Source: a virus. From it: a stretch of 64,000 nt of DNA. Within the stretch, counting starts at the first letter, position 1; each line of letters starts with the position of its first letter. A program made the translations under genes and the position numbers. Below the pieces are notes generated by a model that was not told where the DNA came from, searched no databases, and worked only from the letters and a program-made list of their open reading frames with translations. This document shows positions 28,955 through 39,338 of the stretch, in pieces. Location: the IMG/VR virus record IMGVR_UViG_3300035698_024280; one strand, given 5' to 3'.

Positions 28955-30106
28955 TTATGTTTTTGCTATCTCTTCTGTATCGGTTACATCGGCACTATCT
29001 AAAATAGCTAATTCATCTGGATCTACCTCAGGAGGTATATCATTATTTTCCAAATTAGCATAGTTCCATTCAGCTTTCATACGTTGTTCTATTATAGGTA
29101 TAATTGTATTTTCCCACAACTCTGTATTTGATCTGAATGCTTTATAGTATCCAATCTTTTTACCACCCTCGAGGGTGTATGTAGAGCCGGTCTGTATCAA
29201 CGCACCTAACCCGGTAGCTATATCTAGTAAACCATAATATCTATCAAGGCCTGAAGAAAATGATAAATATATCTCTCCCTCCAGGTATTGTTTAATAAAT
29301 CTATTCTTTAATGTGAGAGCTCTGATTATAATACCTGGGTATTTTTTCTGACTAACAGCTAACTTTGCATCAGAGATTTTACCACCATCATCCTTCATAG
29401 GTTTTCTAGTTAACTGAACTGTAACAGATGGTAGATATTTAACTGATTTTCCACCCGACATATTTTTTTCAATAGACGGATACATAGCTGAAGGATCATC
29501 ATATACATGATTAGTAATTAAAACTGTTGTATTAGTTATACTTCCTAAGTTCGTACATGTTTGCATTAGAGATTTAATAGCCCTTGCCCGTGACCCCATA
29601 TCAGATGAGGTATTATCATTAGTCATTCTCTTAAGCTCTAACTCAGATTGAAGATTACCGAGGGAATCTATGGCAATAATAAATTTACCTTCCAGCCCGT
29701 TCTCTCTAACCTTCTCAAGAAAATTGTAAATTGAATTTCTAGTCTGCTCAATACTTGTTGTAGGTACATATTTTACATTCTTAATATCTAATCCTAATCT
29801 TGCGGCTCCTGCCGGATCTATCGCATTTTCAGTATCAAATATTACCGGTATAAGTCCCTGCTTTTGTGCAGAGGCTAATATCTTGCAAACAAATAATGAC
29901 TTTCCAGTCATACTCTCACCAGCGAGCATTGTTACTCGTCCCTTAGGTATGCCTCCAGAGGTACTTCCAGATATTATTGCATTTAATACATAAGAGCCGG
30001 TATCAATCCACTCATCTACAAAACTCAGCGAAGAGTCATCTAGGTATGACGCAAATGGATTAATCTTATCAATTTCATCCAATACACTTTTTATATCTTT
30101 TTCCAT
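28955..30106 (-). CDS. uvsX: RecA-like recombinase UvsX
   Basis: IDTGSY.LN.IISG, GESMTGKS, DTENA, IDSLGNL, NHVY, SGG. Confidence 0.95.
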   Translation of the reverse strand: MEKDIKSVLDEIDKINPFASYLDDSSLSFVDEWIDTGSYVLNAIISGSTSGGIPKGRVTMLAGESMTGKSLFVCKILASAQKQGLIPVIFDTENAIDPAGAARLGLDIKNVKYVPTTSIEQTRNSIYNFLEKVRENGLEGKFIIAIDSLGNLQSELELKRMTNDNTSSDMGSRARAIKSLMQTCTNLGSITNTTVLITNHVYDDPSAMYPSIEKNMSGGKSVKYLPSVTVQLTRKPMKDDGGKISDAKLAVSQKKYPGIIIRALTLKNRFIKQYLEGEIYLSFSSGLDRYYGLLDIATGLGALIQTGSTYTLEGGKKIGYYKAFRSNTELWENTIIPIIEQRMKAEWNYANLENNDIPPEVDPDELAILDSADVTDTEEIAKT

Positions 30107-30112
30107 AAATTA

Positions 30113-30496
30113 TTATACATCAAAAAGATTAACTACCTTACTAGTCTCTGGGGGAATTATCTGTGGTGATTGAACATATCCAAATGTTCGGTTGTACTGA
30201 TTTACTAAATTATCAGCTAACTCTATAGGTTTATCAGATTGAACAATTTGGGATGTTTTAAAATCCCATTGTACTCCGGTTTTCCTCTGATTGCCTGATA
30301 GCAACTCAGAAAACCAGAGAGGGAATAATTGTACTTGTATTTGACCCCCCTCTACTGCATTTAAGTGTACTGCTACTGGATTTTTTACAGATAATACATC
30401 TTTTGTCTCTTTAACAAGTTCACCTATAAGGCTTCGCTCGTTTTGAATAAAACTAACTAATTGATTTGCTTTAATTTCTTTTGAATCTTCGCTCAT
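30113..30496 (-). CDS. Hypothetical protein (possible Sm-like fold)
   Basis: Own sigma70-like promoter; short beta-rich protein. Confidence 0.65.
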   Translation of the reverse strand: MSEDSKEIKANQLVSFIQNERSLIGELVKETKDVLSVKNPVAVHLNAVEGGQIQVQLFPLWFSELLSGNQRKTGVQWDFKTSQIVQSDKPIELADNLVNQYNRTFGYVQSPQIIPPETSKVVNLFDV

Positions 30497-30530
30497 ACAT
30501 ATATTGTAAAGTATAATACGTATAGTTCAA
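30494..30530 (-). promoter_or_regulatory. sigma70-like promoter TTGAAC-N16-TACAAT-N6-ATG
   Basis: -35 30525-30530, -10 30503-30508. Confidence 0.65.
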
Positions 30531-31663
30531 GCAAATAAATCAAACAAATCGGTCTTTATTTGGTCATTAGGTTTTCTAGCTACCCAATTAACGCGCTTAT
30601 AAAATCTCTCTACTACGTTGAATATAATTTTACTAAACATCTTCTCATAGTCAATTTTAAACATACCCTCTAACTCTACTGGAAATTTATCTTTAAACCC
30701 TATAGCTGATACTCCGTATTTATTACCCTTTTGAACATACATCCATCTTAACTTATCACCTTGAGCAGCGGGCTCATATATTTTATCTAAATTATTATCT
30801 TTCAATACACAATTATAAAAATATCCAGCTTTTGCATGAATTGGCATCCCCTTACATGTATTAAAATTATGACAATCTTTAAGATATTTATCGAATGAAG
30901 ATAAACCAACAACAAATGCAGTATCCTCTACAGGTAATGATATAAACACATCATATGCCTTTTTAACAGCCTCATCTGTATCCTTCTGCTTCCGTCCTAT
31001 CAGCATAGTTTCAATTATATCCTTTACATATGGCTTTACTGCATCTGGCATAGTTGTTCTAACTACTTCTACCCCAGTATATTTAAACTTGTCCATAGTA
31101 ATACCTTCATCATCTAAGATATGCATAGCGTATCTTTTTTTCTCTAAAAAAAGACTTACATCACTAATAACTTCTCTCTTAAATAATAATCGACAGTCTT
31201 CAGAGTTAAAGGCTGACTTAGCCCATTCTATTATCTTTTCATTTAAATATACCGTTAATTTTTCACAGTAATCATAAACCTCCGCCGTTAATTTATTATT
31301 ACTATCTACAAAATTCGGGATTTTACCTGAATCTACTAATGACTTTAATGATATATAGCAGGAGTCTGTATCGTTGTATAAAATAGGGCTGTTTTTAGAC
31401 ATATAAACATTAGATACTCCTGCTTCTTTTTGTAAAAACTCAGCAGCAAACTTATTAGACTGCTTAATCACTGCCTGACCAGATAGCGTTATGCTACTTG
31501 CTATATCATCATCACCGATAGGTGAGTGTTTATTACCAAAATATCCATAGGCGCTATTTATAAGCACTTTTATAGTAAGTTGTTTTGTATCTAATCGATT
31601 TTCCTCCATCCGGAGCTCATGACGCTTTTGCTTTAGCGCTACTATCTTATCTTCAATATGCAT
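30527..31663 (-). CDS. 43: Family B DNA polymerase, C-terminal subunit (gp43B-like)
   Basis: KVLINSAYG (motif B), YNDTDS (motif C), KKRYA, KYTGVEVVRT, C-term DLFDLF clamp-binding peptide. Confidence 0.93.
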   Translation of the reverse strand: MHIEDKIVALKQKRHELRMEENRLDTKQLTIKVLINSAYGYFGNKHSPIGDDDIASSITLSGQAVIKQSNKFAAEFLQKEAGVSNVYMSKNSPILYNDTDSCYISLKSLVDSGKIPNFVDSNNKLTAEVYDYCEKLTVYLNEKIIEWAKSAFNSEDCRLLFKREVISDVSLFLEKKRYAMHILDDEGITMDKFKYTGVEVVRTTMPDAVKPYVKDIIETMLIGRKQKDTDEAVKKAYDVFISLPVEDTAFVVGLSSFDKYLKDCHNFNTCKGMPIHAKAGYFYNCVLKDNNLDKIYEPAAQGDKLRWMYVQKGNKYGVSAIGFKDKFPVELEGMFKIDYEKMFSKIIFNVVERFYKRVNWVARKPNDQIKTDLFDLFA

Positions 31664-31671
31664 TTTAATAT

Positions 31672-31682
31672 ATACCCCTCTT
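31672..31682 (-). promoter_or_regulatory. Shine-Dalgarno-like AGAGGGG upstream of the gp43B start
   Basis: AAAGAGGGGTATATATTAAA-ATG in the 47-nt gap between the polymerase halves. Confidence 0.5.
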
Positions 31683-31710
31683 TAATATGGTAATGTGTAA
31701 ATTTGGTAGA

Positions 31711-33252
31711 TCAACTTAAGACACCTAAGGCATTTTTCTTATTAAGTTTCTCTAATTTTTTGATAGCCTTGTCTACCTCATTTGCCTCTATTTTTATAGC
31801 CTGCAATGATTTTTTAATTTCAACGCGCTTATTATAATAAAAATCTACCATCTCGGGCATTATGCCTTTTTTCTTTTGAGAGAATAAAATGCCAGCTTTA
31901 GATATAGCTATTTTTTCCTTATGTACTAATCTACCGAATTGTTCTAAAGGTAATTCGAATGTCTCACCGTTTACATACCTGACTGTAATTGTCTTATCGT
32001 TCTTAGATATAATTTTACCGACCTTTGTCTCGGGGGACATATTTAAGGATATCATTATATTAGGGTATAGGGAATTAGCGTCAAAGGATACTACATATTG
32101 CTGAAAACCTCCCTGAGGCTCGCTCACATACGCTCCTGGATTTTTCCCTGTATCTTCATGCCTTATAAATGTGGCAATTTTTTGATCTCTATGTCTAGCT
32201 CTAATTGCTGCAGCTCCATTAATGACAGCTACTGCCCCCATAGCTGCCTCTAATGTAGTTAGACCTACATATGCTAACATTCGTAATAGTTCCATATATC
32301 TCAATTCCTCATCTAATCTCTGAAGTAAAAATACATCATGAATATTATACTCTACAAAGGTCTGCCAATCCTGAACGCATAAATCTGCAATATGCATATT
32401 ACCGTAATCAATTTTTCTTAAATCTAATTCTATATTTGCAATATTATCTAACTTATATGAGTCTCTATTTTTTAATTGAAATCGTTTATATACATCAAGA
32501 TAATCTAAGCAAGATACACCATCGATATACCATCTCAAATCATTTCTACCATACATACCTCTGATTGATCTATTATAAACATTACCTATGGGCGATAATC
32601 TCTTTATTTCATCCTCCCCCATAATATTGTTTATTCTATTAATAATATATGGCATGTCAAATCCAGCAGAGTTCCATCCCGAGATTACATCTGGATAGTC
32701 ACTCTCAAAAAATGTTAGCATTTTATCTAACAATTCTAATTCATTCCGGCAATTATAATAAGTCAAATCTTCGGGAGGATACTTAGAGGAGTCAAATGCG
32801 CCAACTCCCCACACAAATGTATGCTTTAATAAATTATCATAAATAGTTATAACGTTGATTGGGTACTTGGCCTCCTCAGCATTCGGAAATTCATCCCTCG
32901 CAACAGCCTCAATATCTATAAATTGTACTTTGAGCGGTTTGGATGTAAACTCCTCACCCTCATTAAACTCCCAGTATTTATCTAACAGAAATTGCTGATG
33001 AGTAGGTAGATTTTCAAAAAGTCTCTTTATGCCAGTATCTCGAACAAACCTAGTTCGAGCGTACTGCGTTTGAAAATCTCGACGCTTGAGCTTAGTACCA
33101 AATATTGAAGTATCTGTCCCATTTTTATCTTCAATATACACATAAGGGGTGTACGACTTAGTGTATGATATTCTATTACCATCAGAATCCCAGGTCCAAA
33201 CTTTTACCTCCTTCGTTCTAGGTATGTACGCAATATTTCTATATCCTATCAT
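31711..33252 (-). CDS. 43: Family B DNA polymerase, N-terminal subunit (exonuclease plus palm motif A; gp43A-like)
   Basis: FIDIE (ExoI), GWNSAGFDMPY (ExoII), YNIHDV (ExoIII), SFDANSLYP (motif A); ends in the fingers helix at TGA. Confidence 0.93.
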   Translation of the reverse strand: MIGYRNIAYIPRTKEVKVWTWDSDGNRISYTKSYTPYVYIEDKNGTDTSIFGTKLKRRDFQTQYARTRFVRDTGIKRLFENLPTHQQFLLDKYWEFNEGEEFTSKPLKVQFIDIEAVARDEFPNAEEAKYPINVITIYDNLLKHTFVWGVGAFDSSKYPPEDLTYYNCRNELELLDKMLTFFESDYPDVISGWNSAGFDMPYIINRINNIMGEDEIKRLSPIGNVYNRSIRGMYGRNDLRWYIDGVSCLDYLDVYKRFQLKNRDSYKLDNIANIELDLRKIDYGNMHIADLCVQDWQTFVEYNIHDVFLLQRLDEELRYMELLRMLAYVGLTTLEAAMGAVAVINGAAAIRARHRDQKIATFIRHEDTGKNPGAYVSEPQGGFQQYVVSFDANSLYPNIMISLNMSPETKVGKIISKNDKTITVRYVNGETFELPLEQFGRLVHKEKIAISKAGILFSQKKKGIMPEMVDFYYNKRVEIKKSLQAIKIEANEVDKAIKKLEKLNKKNALGVLS

Positions 33253-33255
33253 AAA

Positions 33256-34485
33256 TTATCGATTGTATCTCGATAACATTATACGATCAGGATGCCCGTA
33301 AGGCAAGGTAATAAGTTCTAAATAACAGTTTATGTTTTCTTCATTCTCTAAAAATCTATTTTGAGCTACTTTATATCTCTTATGAGCTTCCGCTCTATAT
33401 TTTTTACCGTTAGATAATGTATCTTCAATGCACTTTATCATCCCGTCACCGTCTTTAAACTTAATAGGGGCATCTTTATACGTACACATATCCTGACATG
33501 CTACAGGTATACCTAGAGCACATGCTTCAATATATTTTAAGTCACTCTTACCGCGGTTAAAGTTATTTTCAAACAGAGGGGCTACTGACATTTGTATCTC
33601 TAGATCATGTAGCTTTTGCGGGTAATTATAAAATGATTGCCATTCGTGAAACTCAATTTCACCAGCGTTAATATACGGTCGGAGAGCGGCTGGAAATGCG
33701 CCAACAAATACCCATTGAAATCTATGTCTTGTCTTTATTATTGAATCTACAACGTGGTGGAAATCGTCACGTTGCTTGTCTCTATTCTCTACATCAAAAT
33801 GTGCCCCAGATCCAGCATATAATATTCTAGGCTTATTTATGTGCTTCTTATATAATTGACCTACTCTCTTCTCATCAAAGAAGTTCCCAATCCAAAATTT
33901 AGGTGGGAAATTTGGTATAACTGTTATTTCCTCCTTATCTATTTTTTCCTTATAATAGTCTCTCATGAAGTCACACGTTACTGTTACTTCATCACATAAC
34001 CTCATAATTTCTACCGAAGTATTTCTTATTTCATCTGACTCAAATGCCGGTTTAAATTTATTATACTCAGGGATGTCTTCTCTAAATATAATATCGTCCA
34101 CTTCATATATAATTCGGCAACCATACTTTGGTTGTATTACTTCCTTTAAATATTTTACAAACTCTAACTGATTAGGGGTTGCTTGTCTTTGTATTCTTAT
34201 AGCCTTAACACCTTCATAAAATTCAGGTGAAGTAATCATCACTGCAGAGCTCTGCACTAGAGCTTTATTATGAGTGTTTAGCATATGCTCAGGCCATAGC
34301 ATACGCCACAGCCCGCACCCGCTAAAATCTGCGACATAATTAATAGATCGTGGGAGACCTCCAAGGGCTTCAGATTGGCTATTACTCCTAACATCTGCCA
34401 GGTTTGCAATATCTACACTAGGGGGGGTAAATGGTGATGTGAATGGTGAACTGAATAAACCTACAGCTTTACGAGATGGTATCAT
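33256..34485 (-). CDS. GT-B-type glycosyltransferase inside the replication operon
   Basis: SGCGLWRMLWP, YEVDDII, VTVT, FN.GKSDLKYIEA. Confidence 0.75.
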   Translation of the reverse strand: MIPSRKAVGLFSSPFTSPFTPPSVDIANLADVRSNSQSEALGGLPRSINYVADFSGCGLWRMLWPEHMLNTHNKALVQSSAVMITSPEFYEGVKAIRIQRQATPNQLEFVKYLKEVIQPKYGCRIIYEVDDIIFREDIPEYNKFKPAFESDEIRNTSVEIMRLCDEVTVTCDFMRDYYKEKIDKEEITVIPNFPPKFWIGNFFDEKRVGQLYKKHINKPRILYAGSGAHFDVENRDKQRDDFHHVVDSIIKTRHRFQWVFVGAFPAALRPYINAGEIEFHEWQSFYNYPQKLHDLEIQMSVAPLFENNFNRGKSDLKYIEACALGIPVACQDMCTYKDAPIKFKDGDGMIKCIEDTLSNGKKYRAEAHKRYKVAQNRFLENEENINCYLELITLPYGHPDRIMLSRYNR

Positions 34486-34508
34486 TGTTATTAATTATGT
34501 AATATTAG

Positions 34509-36320
34509 TTAGACTTCAACTCGTGAAGTTCGTGTAGTTATTCCGCTTTCTTTTTGCAAATATATAATATTTGCATCATTTGCTATAGCTTTTATTGCTT
34601 CCGGTCGATGGGTAATAATAAATATACACTCATTATTATTATTAACACGATCCTGCAGAATATCATTTACTAATTCTACCCCACGGCTATCTAAACTGGA
34701 GTCATATAGTTCATCAAAAAAGCTTACGTTATATGCTACATTACCTTGCATTCTCCTCGCGTCTGCAAAAGTAAATAGACACGCTAAATCTATATTTTTT
34801 CTCTCCCCATCAGAAAAATTAAAATATGAACATATTTTATTATTTTCATTAATTATATCTTCTTCAAAATATTCATTAAAGACACAAATACAATTTGCAT
34901 CCATCTTCTTTAAATAATATGCTAATCTACTGTTAAATATCTGTAATATCTGCTTTACTATATATGCTTTTACTCCTTCTTCTGATACAATAAATTTACC
35001 AATATCAATAATATTTAGCATATCTCTCTCCTTTTCAACCTGGACTGTGATATTTGATATCTCGCTGGTACTCAAATCTATTAATGAATCCATATCAGTA
35101 TTAGTAGACTTAAGTAATTTAATATCACTCTCTAGAGATTTTATCCATTCATTACATTGCTCTATATTTTCTTGTATTCTAGGCTTAGAGCTGGCTCTAA
35201 GTTGTAAATTATTAATTTTTTCTCTAATATTGTTAATTGCAGACTGCAATTTATTCTTACCAGATTTATATTTCTCTACCTCGTCGGTACAATTAATTAG
35301 ATTTTTCTTTTGCTCAGATATTTTATTTAATAAATTTTTCTTATCACCCTCAATACAAGCCCTATCATGATCAGTAATATCTCTAAGGCAGGTGGGGCAG
35401 GCACTTTTATCAGTACCTACTTCATTATATATTTCTGCATCTCTCTTAATATCAGTTTTTATCTCTGCACAATACTCTAATTGACTTCTAATTTTATTCT
35501 CTATTTTATCTACCCCTATTAGATATTCTGATAGAGTATTTTCAAATACATCTGTATCGATTTGAGTTATTTCATCCAGCTCGTCTTTATGCCGCTGTAT
35601 ATTAGTTTTATTAGTAATATACCGTTGTTTATAATCTTCTAATTTTATATTTCTATTATATAAAATTTTGTCTCGTTGAGTTACATAATTAGCACTCGCA
35701 GAAGTTTTCTCTTCTAATTGTGTAATACTAATATCATAATCTTTTTTAATTTCATTATAATCTGATCTGACTAATTTAAGCATTTCACTAAACGCTTCTA
35801 ACGAAAAGATATTTTCAATAAACTTTCTTTTTGCAATAGTCTTTTGACCCATAAACGGTATGGTATTATTGGCGGTCATTACTACACAATTTTTAAATAT
35901 ATCAGGTGAAGCCTCTAGTATATTTAAAATATAAGATGTTGTATTAGCTATAGAATCTCTAGTAATATCTACATCGTCTTTATAAAAGAATAACTTAGAC
36001 GGGTTTAGAGATCTCTCTATTTTGTAATTACTGTTATCGTCTGGGGATTGTATATTAAACTTAAGCGAAACACTGCAGCACCCCCCGGTAATATTATTAA
36101 CAACAAGTTCCTTTTTAATATCTCTAATAGGTCGCCCGAAAATAGCAAAAAAGAAAGCATCCGGTATGGTACTCTTCCCAACACCATTTTTCCTATCCAT
36201 TTTATCCTTATTCTCCCCAGTTATAACATGCATACCTGGAGTAAAATCGATGTCGACAGATTTTTCTCCGACTGATAGAAAGTTACGAATTTTAAGTTGT
36301 TTAAATGTTACGTGTTTCAT
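34509..36320 (-). CDS. 46: SbcC/Rad50-like recombination ATPase gp46
   Basis: NFLSVG, NGVGKST, CPTC hook, FSDGE signature, FFDE..DSSLD, IITH. Confidence 0.95.
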   Translation of the reverse strand: MKHVTFKQLKIRNFLSVGEKSVDIDFTPGMHVITGENKDKMDRKNGVGKSTIPDAFFFAIFGRPIRDIKKELVVNNITGGCCSVSLKFNIQSPDDNSNYKIERSLNPSKLFFYKDDVDITRDSIANTTSYILNILEASPDIFKNCVVMTANNTIPFMGQKTIAKRKFIENIFSLEAFSEMLKLVRSDYNEIKKDYDISITQLEEKTSASANYVTQRDKILYNRNIKLEDYKQRYITNKTNIQRHKDELDEITQIDTDVFENTLSEYLIGVDKIENKIRSQLEYCAEIKTDIKRDAEIYNEVGTDKSACPTCLRDITDHDRACIEGDKKNLLNKISEQKKNLINCTDEVEKYKSGKNKLQSAINNIREKINNLQLRASSKPRIQENIEQCNEWIKSLESDIKLLKSTNTDMDSLIDLSTSEISNITVQVEKERDMLNIIDIGKFIVSEEGVKAYIVKQILQIFNSRLAYYLKKMDANCICVFNEYFEEDIINENNKICSYFNFSDGERKNIDLACLFTFADARRMQGNVAYNVSFFDELYDSSLDSRGVELVNDILQDRVNNNNECIFIITHRPEAIKAIANDANIIYLQKESGITTRTSRVEV

Positions 36321-37366
36321 TGATTTGAGGCGCGGTTGTAGACATCCAATACATACTCCACTACTGGGGACTTATTATCTATATCCATTATATTAATAAA
36401 TTCTGTAATTGCTTGGCTTACATCAATTCCAGAGAAGTCGTGCGAGTTCTCCTCATCAATTATTATATCAAAATTAATATCGTGATCTACATCCAGTCTA
36501 ATAGGTCTAAGAGCTCTAATCTGCTGGAATAAAAAATCAGAGTCAGTGGAGGATATTCTTTGATCTATAATTAGTTTTATTATATTTCCCTCTACCCTCT
36601 TTTTAAGATCTGATATAGTTGCATTGGCTTTAACTAGTTCGGATAAATGCAGCTTATGAAAAACTGGAGATAAATTATTTACTGTAAAATTTAATTTACT
36701 TGTATCTAAATCAATGGAATAAAATCCCTTTTCAGATCCCTGATCCCCGAAATCCATCTGAAATGGGCTACCTACATATAATATAGTACCCTCACTCGTC
36801 TCTCTTAAGGACTTGTGATGAAAGTGCCCGGTAATTGTAAGGGGGGATTTATTATAAACAGAATCGGTGGTTAGCCCGTGGTCACATATTTTAAAAGAGT
36901 TTAGCTTAAACGTTTCAATCTCAAAATGACCAAATAATATATCACATTCTTGTATATCCTCGACTGGAGTTCCCCAAGGTGCAAAAAATATATTTTTACC
37001 AGCGGGTGTTTTATAACTAAATGGTTTATCTATTACTGTAATATTCTCACGACCGTTGAATATTGAGATAGAGTTAATCTCTGAGGACTCTTTATAATAA
37101 CAATCATGATTGCCGGTTATAAATATCATATTTTTGTCTTTCAGAATATCTAAAACTGTTGAAGCGTGGGATAAAGTGTTAGTAGCTATTGAGTCTCTAT
37201 AATGAAAAAAATCTCCTGTAAATATTACATCATTAATATTACTTTTATCCAATTCGCTTTTAAACCACCTGACCCAATCAAGCGTAATTCTATGCCACAT
37301 CGAATCATCTCGATGTACCCCTATATGTATATCGCTAAATATTGCGCACTTACTAGATTTAATCAT
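36317..37366 (-). CDS. 47: SbcD/Mre11-like nuclease gp47
   Basis: SDIHIG, GDFFH, GNHD, GHFE, GHFH, YVGSP. Confidence 0.95.
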   Translation of the reverse strand: MIKSSKCAIFSDIHIGVHRDDSMWHRITLDWVRWFKSELDKSNINDVIFTGDFFHYRDSIATNTLSHASTVLDILKDKNMIFITGNHDCYYKESSEINSISIFNGRENITVIDKPFSYKTPAGKNIFFAPWGTPVEDIQECDILFGHFEIETFKLNSFKICDHGLTTDSVYNKSPLTITGHFHHKSLRETSEGTILYVGSPFQMDFGDQGSEKGFYSIDLDTSKLNFTVNNLSPVFHKLHLSELVKANATISDLKKRVEGNIIKLIIDQRISSTDSDFLFQQIRALRPIRLDVDHDINFDIIIDEENSHDFSGIDVSQAITEFINIMDIDNKSPVVEYVLDVYNRASNQ

Positions 37367-37368
37367 TA

Positions 37369-37836
37369 TTACTCATTAAAGAAATCATCCTCCTCTAATG
37401 CAGTAGAAGTTTTAGTATAAACCTTACCATCACTCGATTCAATCATATATTGCTCATACACTTCCTCTCTAAAGTCTGTTTCAGCCTTATGGAGCCTCTT
37501 CTCTTTTTTTATTCTATTTATAAAAGCTCTGAATGCAATAGTAGTAAAATACGAGAAGGGGTTGAATTTTGATGTTACATCAAAATTTTGATTTCTAAGA
37601 GCTGCATACATTTTTACAATAGCATCTCCAATCATATCCTCTTTATATGTATAATCTCTAAATTTACCATTAAAACCTAAACCGTTTGCAATTTTCATTA
37701 TACACTCTCCTAAATAATCTGGAAATATACCATTTTCATAATATAATGCTATTGCTGCCTTAAACTCTTTAGGGTCTACGTAGTAATGCTCATTTTTCTT
37801 TTTCTTTTTCTTCTTTATTATTATTTCTTCAGCCAT
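37369..37836 (-). CDS. 55: Late-transcription sigma factor gp55 (probable start MAEEIII)
   Basis: HYYVD..EF, KIA.GL...F..YTYKEDMIGDA, NPFSYFTTIAFRAFINRIKKEK. Confidence 0.92.
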   Translation of the reverse strand: MAEEIIIKKKKKKKNEHYYVDPKEFKAAIALYYENGIFPDYLGECIMKIANGLGFNGKFRDYTYKEDMIGDAIVKMYAALRNQNFDVTSKFNPFSYFTTIAFRAFINRIKKEKRLHKAETDFREEVYEQYMIESSDGKVYTKTSTALEEDDFFNE

Positions 37837-37886
37837 TTTAAACTCTATTATAATTATATGCAATCAAAACTACTAATCAACTATAT

Positions 37887-39338
37887 CTACTCTTTTATTG
37901 TAGATATGGTATATGGAATTTTTTCTCTAGTATAAATTAACGTTCTCTTTTCAAAGTGATTAGTACTATACTCGAATTTATCCGCTAGATCTATAATTAA
38001 CAGAGTCGTTTTAGAACTATGGAGGCGTAGACCTCTACCTATAGATTGAACAATTCGTATAAACGCCTTACCCCCACTTGCAAATACAATCATATGTATA
38101 TTTTTAATATTAATACCGGTGGAAAACACAGATGACATCGCTATACATACAACATTATTACTATTTTCCATTATTTTTTTAATACTCTCACGAGTATCAA
38201 TATCCACACTACCACTAACAAAAAACACTTGCTTATCCTTAAGATCTTTATGTATATCGTATAATATATTGCCATGCGCGAGGTGATTTACCAATATTAA
38301 AATATTATTATTAAAATTATCTGATATTTTAGATATAATATTATTTCTAAAGTTACTATTATAAATATAATCTAACTCTGTCTTATATTTTATTGAGCTA
38401 GTCCACTCCGCTTTTGTAAACTGGGTTTTAGGCCCTCCTTTATGGGTCAGTCTAAGTATACTTACACTTACATCCGTTAAGTATCCCTCTTCTCTAAGAT
38501 CAGCACTACCCTTTTCATATAATACCGGCCCTAGTTTACCTATAACTGACCATTTATCTATGGGGCTCTCCGGGAGAGTCCCTGTAAATCCAAACTTTGA
38601 GTGGGTGTGTATTTTATTTACTAATTTTCCAATTTTATTTTTATTCTTTAGCTTATGGCTTTCATCCACTACTACAATATCCACATACTTTAGCCATTCT
38701 GCATCTTTAAATCTACTCTGTACTATCTTATTACTAGCTACCACTATATTACAACTAGTATCTAGATCAAACTCTGCAGTCCAGGGGCAATGGGTATAAG
38801 GTACATTATATTCAGTGAAGTCATCTGAGGTCTGCCTAACAAGCCCTCTATCTGGAACTAATACGAGGCATCTAAAGTTTTTCTTATTCTTAGATCTTAA
38901 ATAATAATTATTTATTAATGTAGCTATTGCTAATGTTTTACCACCACCAGTACCTAAAACACAAACACCTCGACCAGCGCTCATTGCCTTCTGTATAATC
39001 CTGATCTGGTAATATCTCAGGCTAATATCTTTAGTATCCAACATTTTTATATTCTCCGGATCTTCAATTGGTGATATTGTAAGAATAGCTGACGGGCTGA
39101 GTTTAATACTACACTTAATATCAATCTCTTTTATAGCTTCAACTACTTCTGACAATAATCCTGGCTCAAACTTACCACCTGGGGTAATAGCATACAATCT
39201 CGCTGGGGAGTACTTACTAAATCGAGTACCCTCATTAGGAATGCTGAATTTATTTCTAAGACTCTCCATCAGCACAGCATCTTTAGTCTTAACAATACAC
39301 TGACCTATATTAACCAAATAATTAATCTCTACAGACAT
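37887..39338 (-). CDS. uvsW: SF2 helicase UvsW (probable start 39338, TAATG overlap with uvsY)
   Basis: GTGGGKT, VVVDESH, GFTGT, STGINI, QSIGRGLR. Confidence 0.93.
   Translation of the reverse strand: MSVEINYLVNIGQCIVKTKDAVLMESLRNKFSIPNEGTRFSKYSPARLYAITPGGKFEPGLLSEVVEAIKEIDIKCSIKLSPSAILTISPIEDPENIKMLDTKDISLRYYQIRIIQKAMSAGRGVCVLGTGGGKTLAIATLINNYYLRSKNKKNFRCLVLVPDRGLVRQTSDDFTEYNVPYTHCPWTAEFDLDTSCNIVVASNKIVQSRFKDAEWLKYVDIVVVDESHKLKNKNKIGKLVNKIHTHSKFGFTGTLPESPIDKWSVIGKLGPVLYEKGSADLREEGYLTDVSVSILRLTHKGGPKTQFTKAEWTSSIKYKTELDYIYNSNFRNNIISKISDNFNNNILILVNHLAHGNILYDIHKDLKDKQVFFVSGSVDIDTRESIKKIMENSNNVVCIAMSSVFSTGINIKNIHMIVFASGGKAFIRIVQSIGRGLRLHSSKTTLLIIDLADKFEYSTNHFEKRTLIYTREKIPYTISTIKE

Noticed and set aside
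31664-31713. Intron, intein or T4 gene-60-like translational bypass joining the polymerase halves
   Set aside because: The gap is only 47 nt and AT-rich with no evident structure; no matched take-off/landing codon (AGT) in the downstream frame, which has its own stop, SD and ATG
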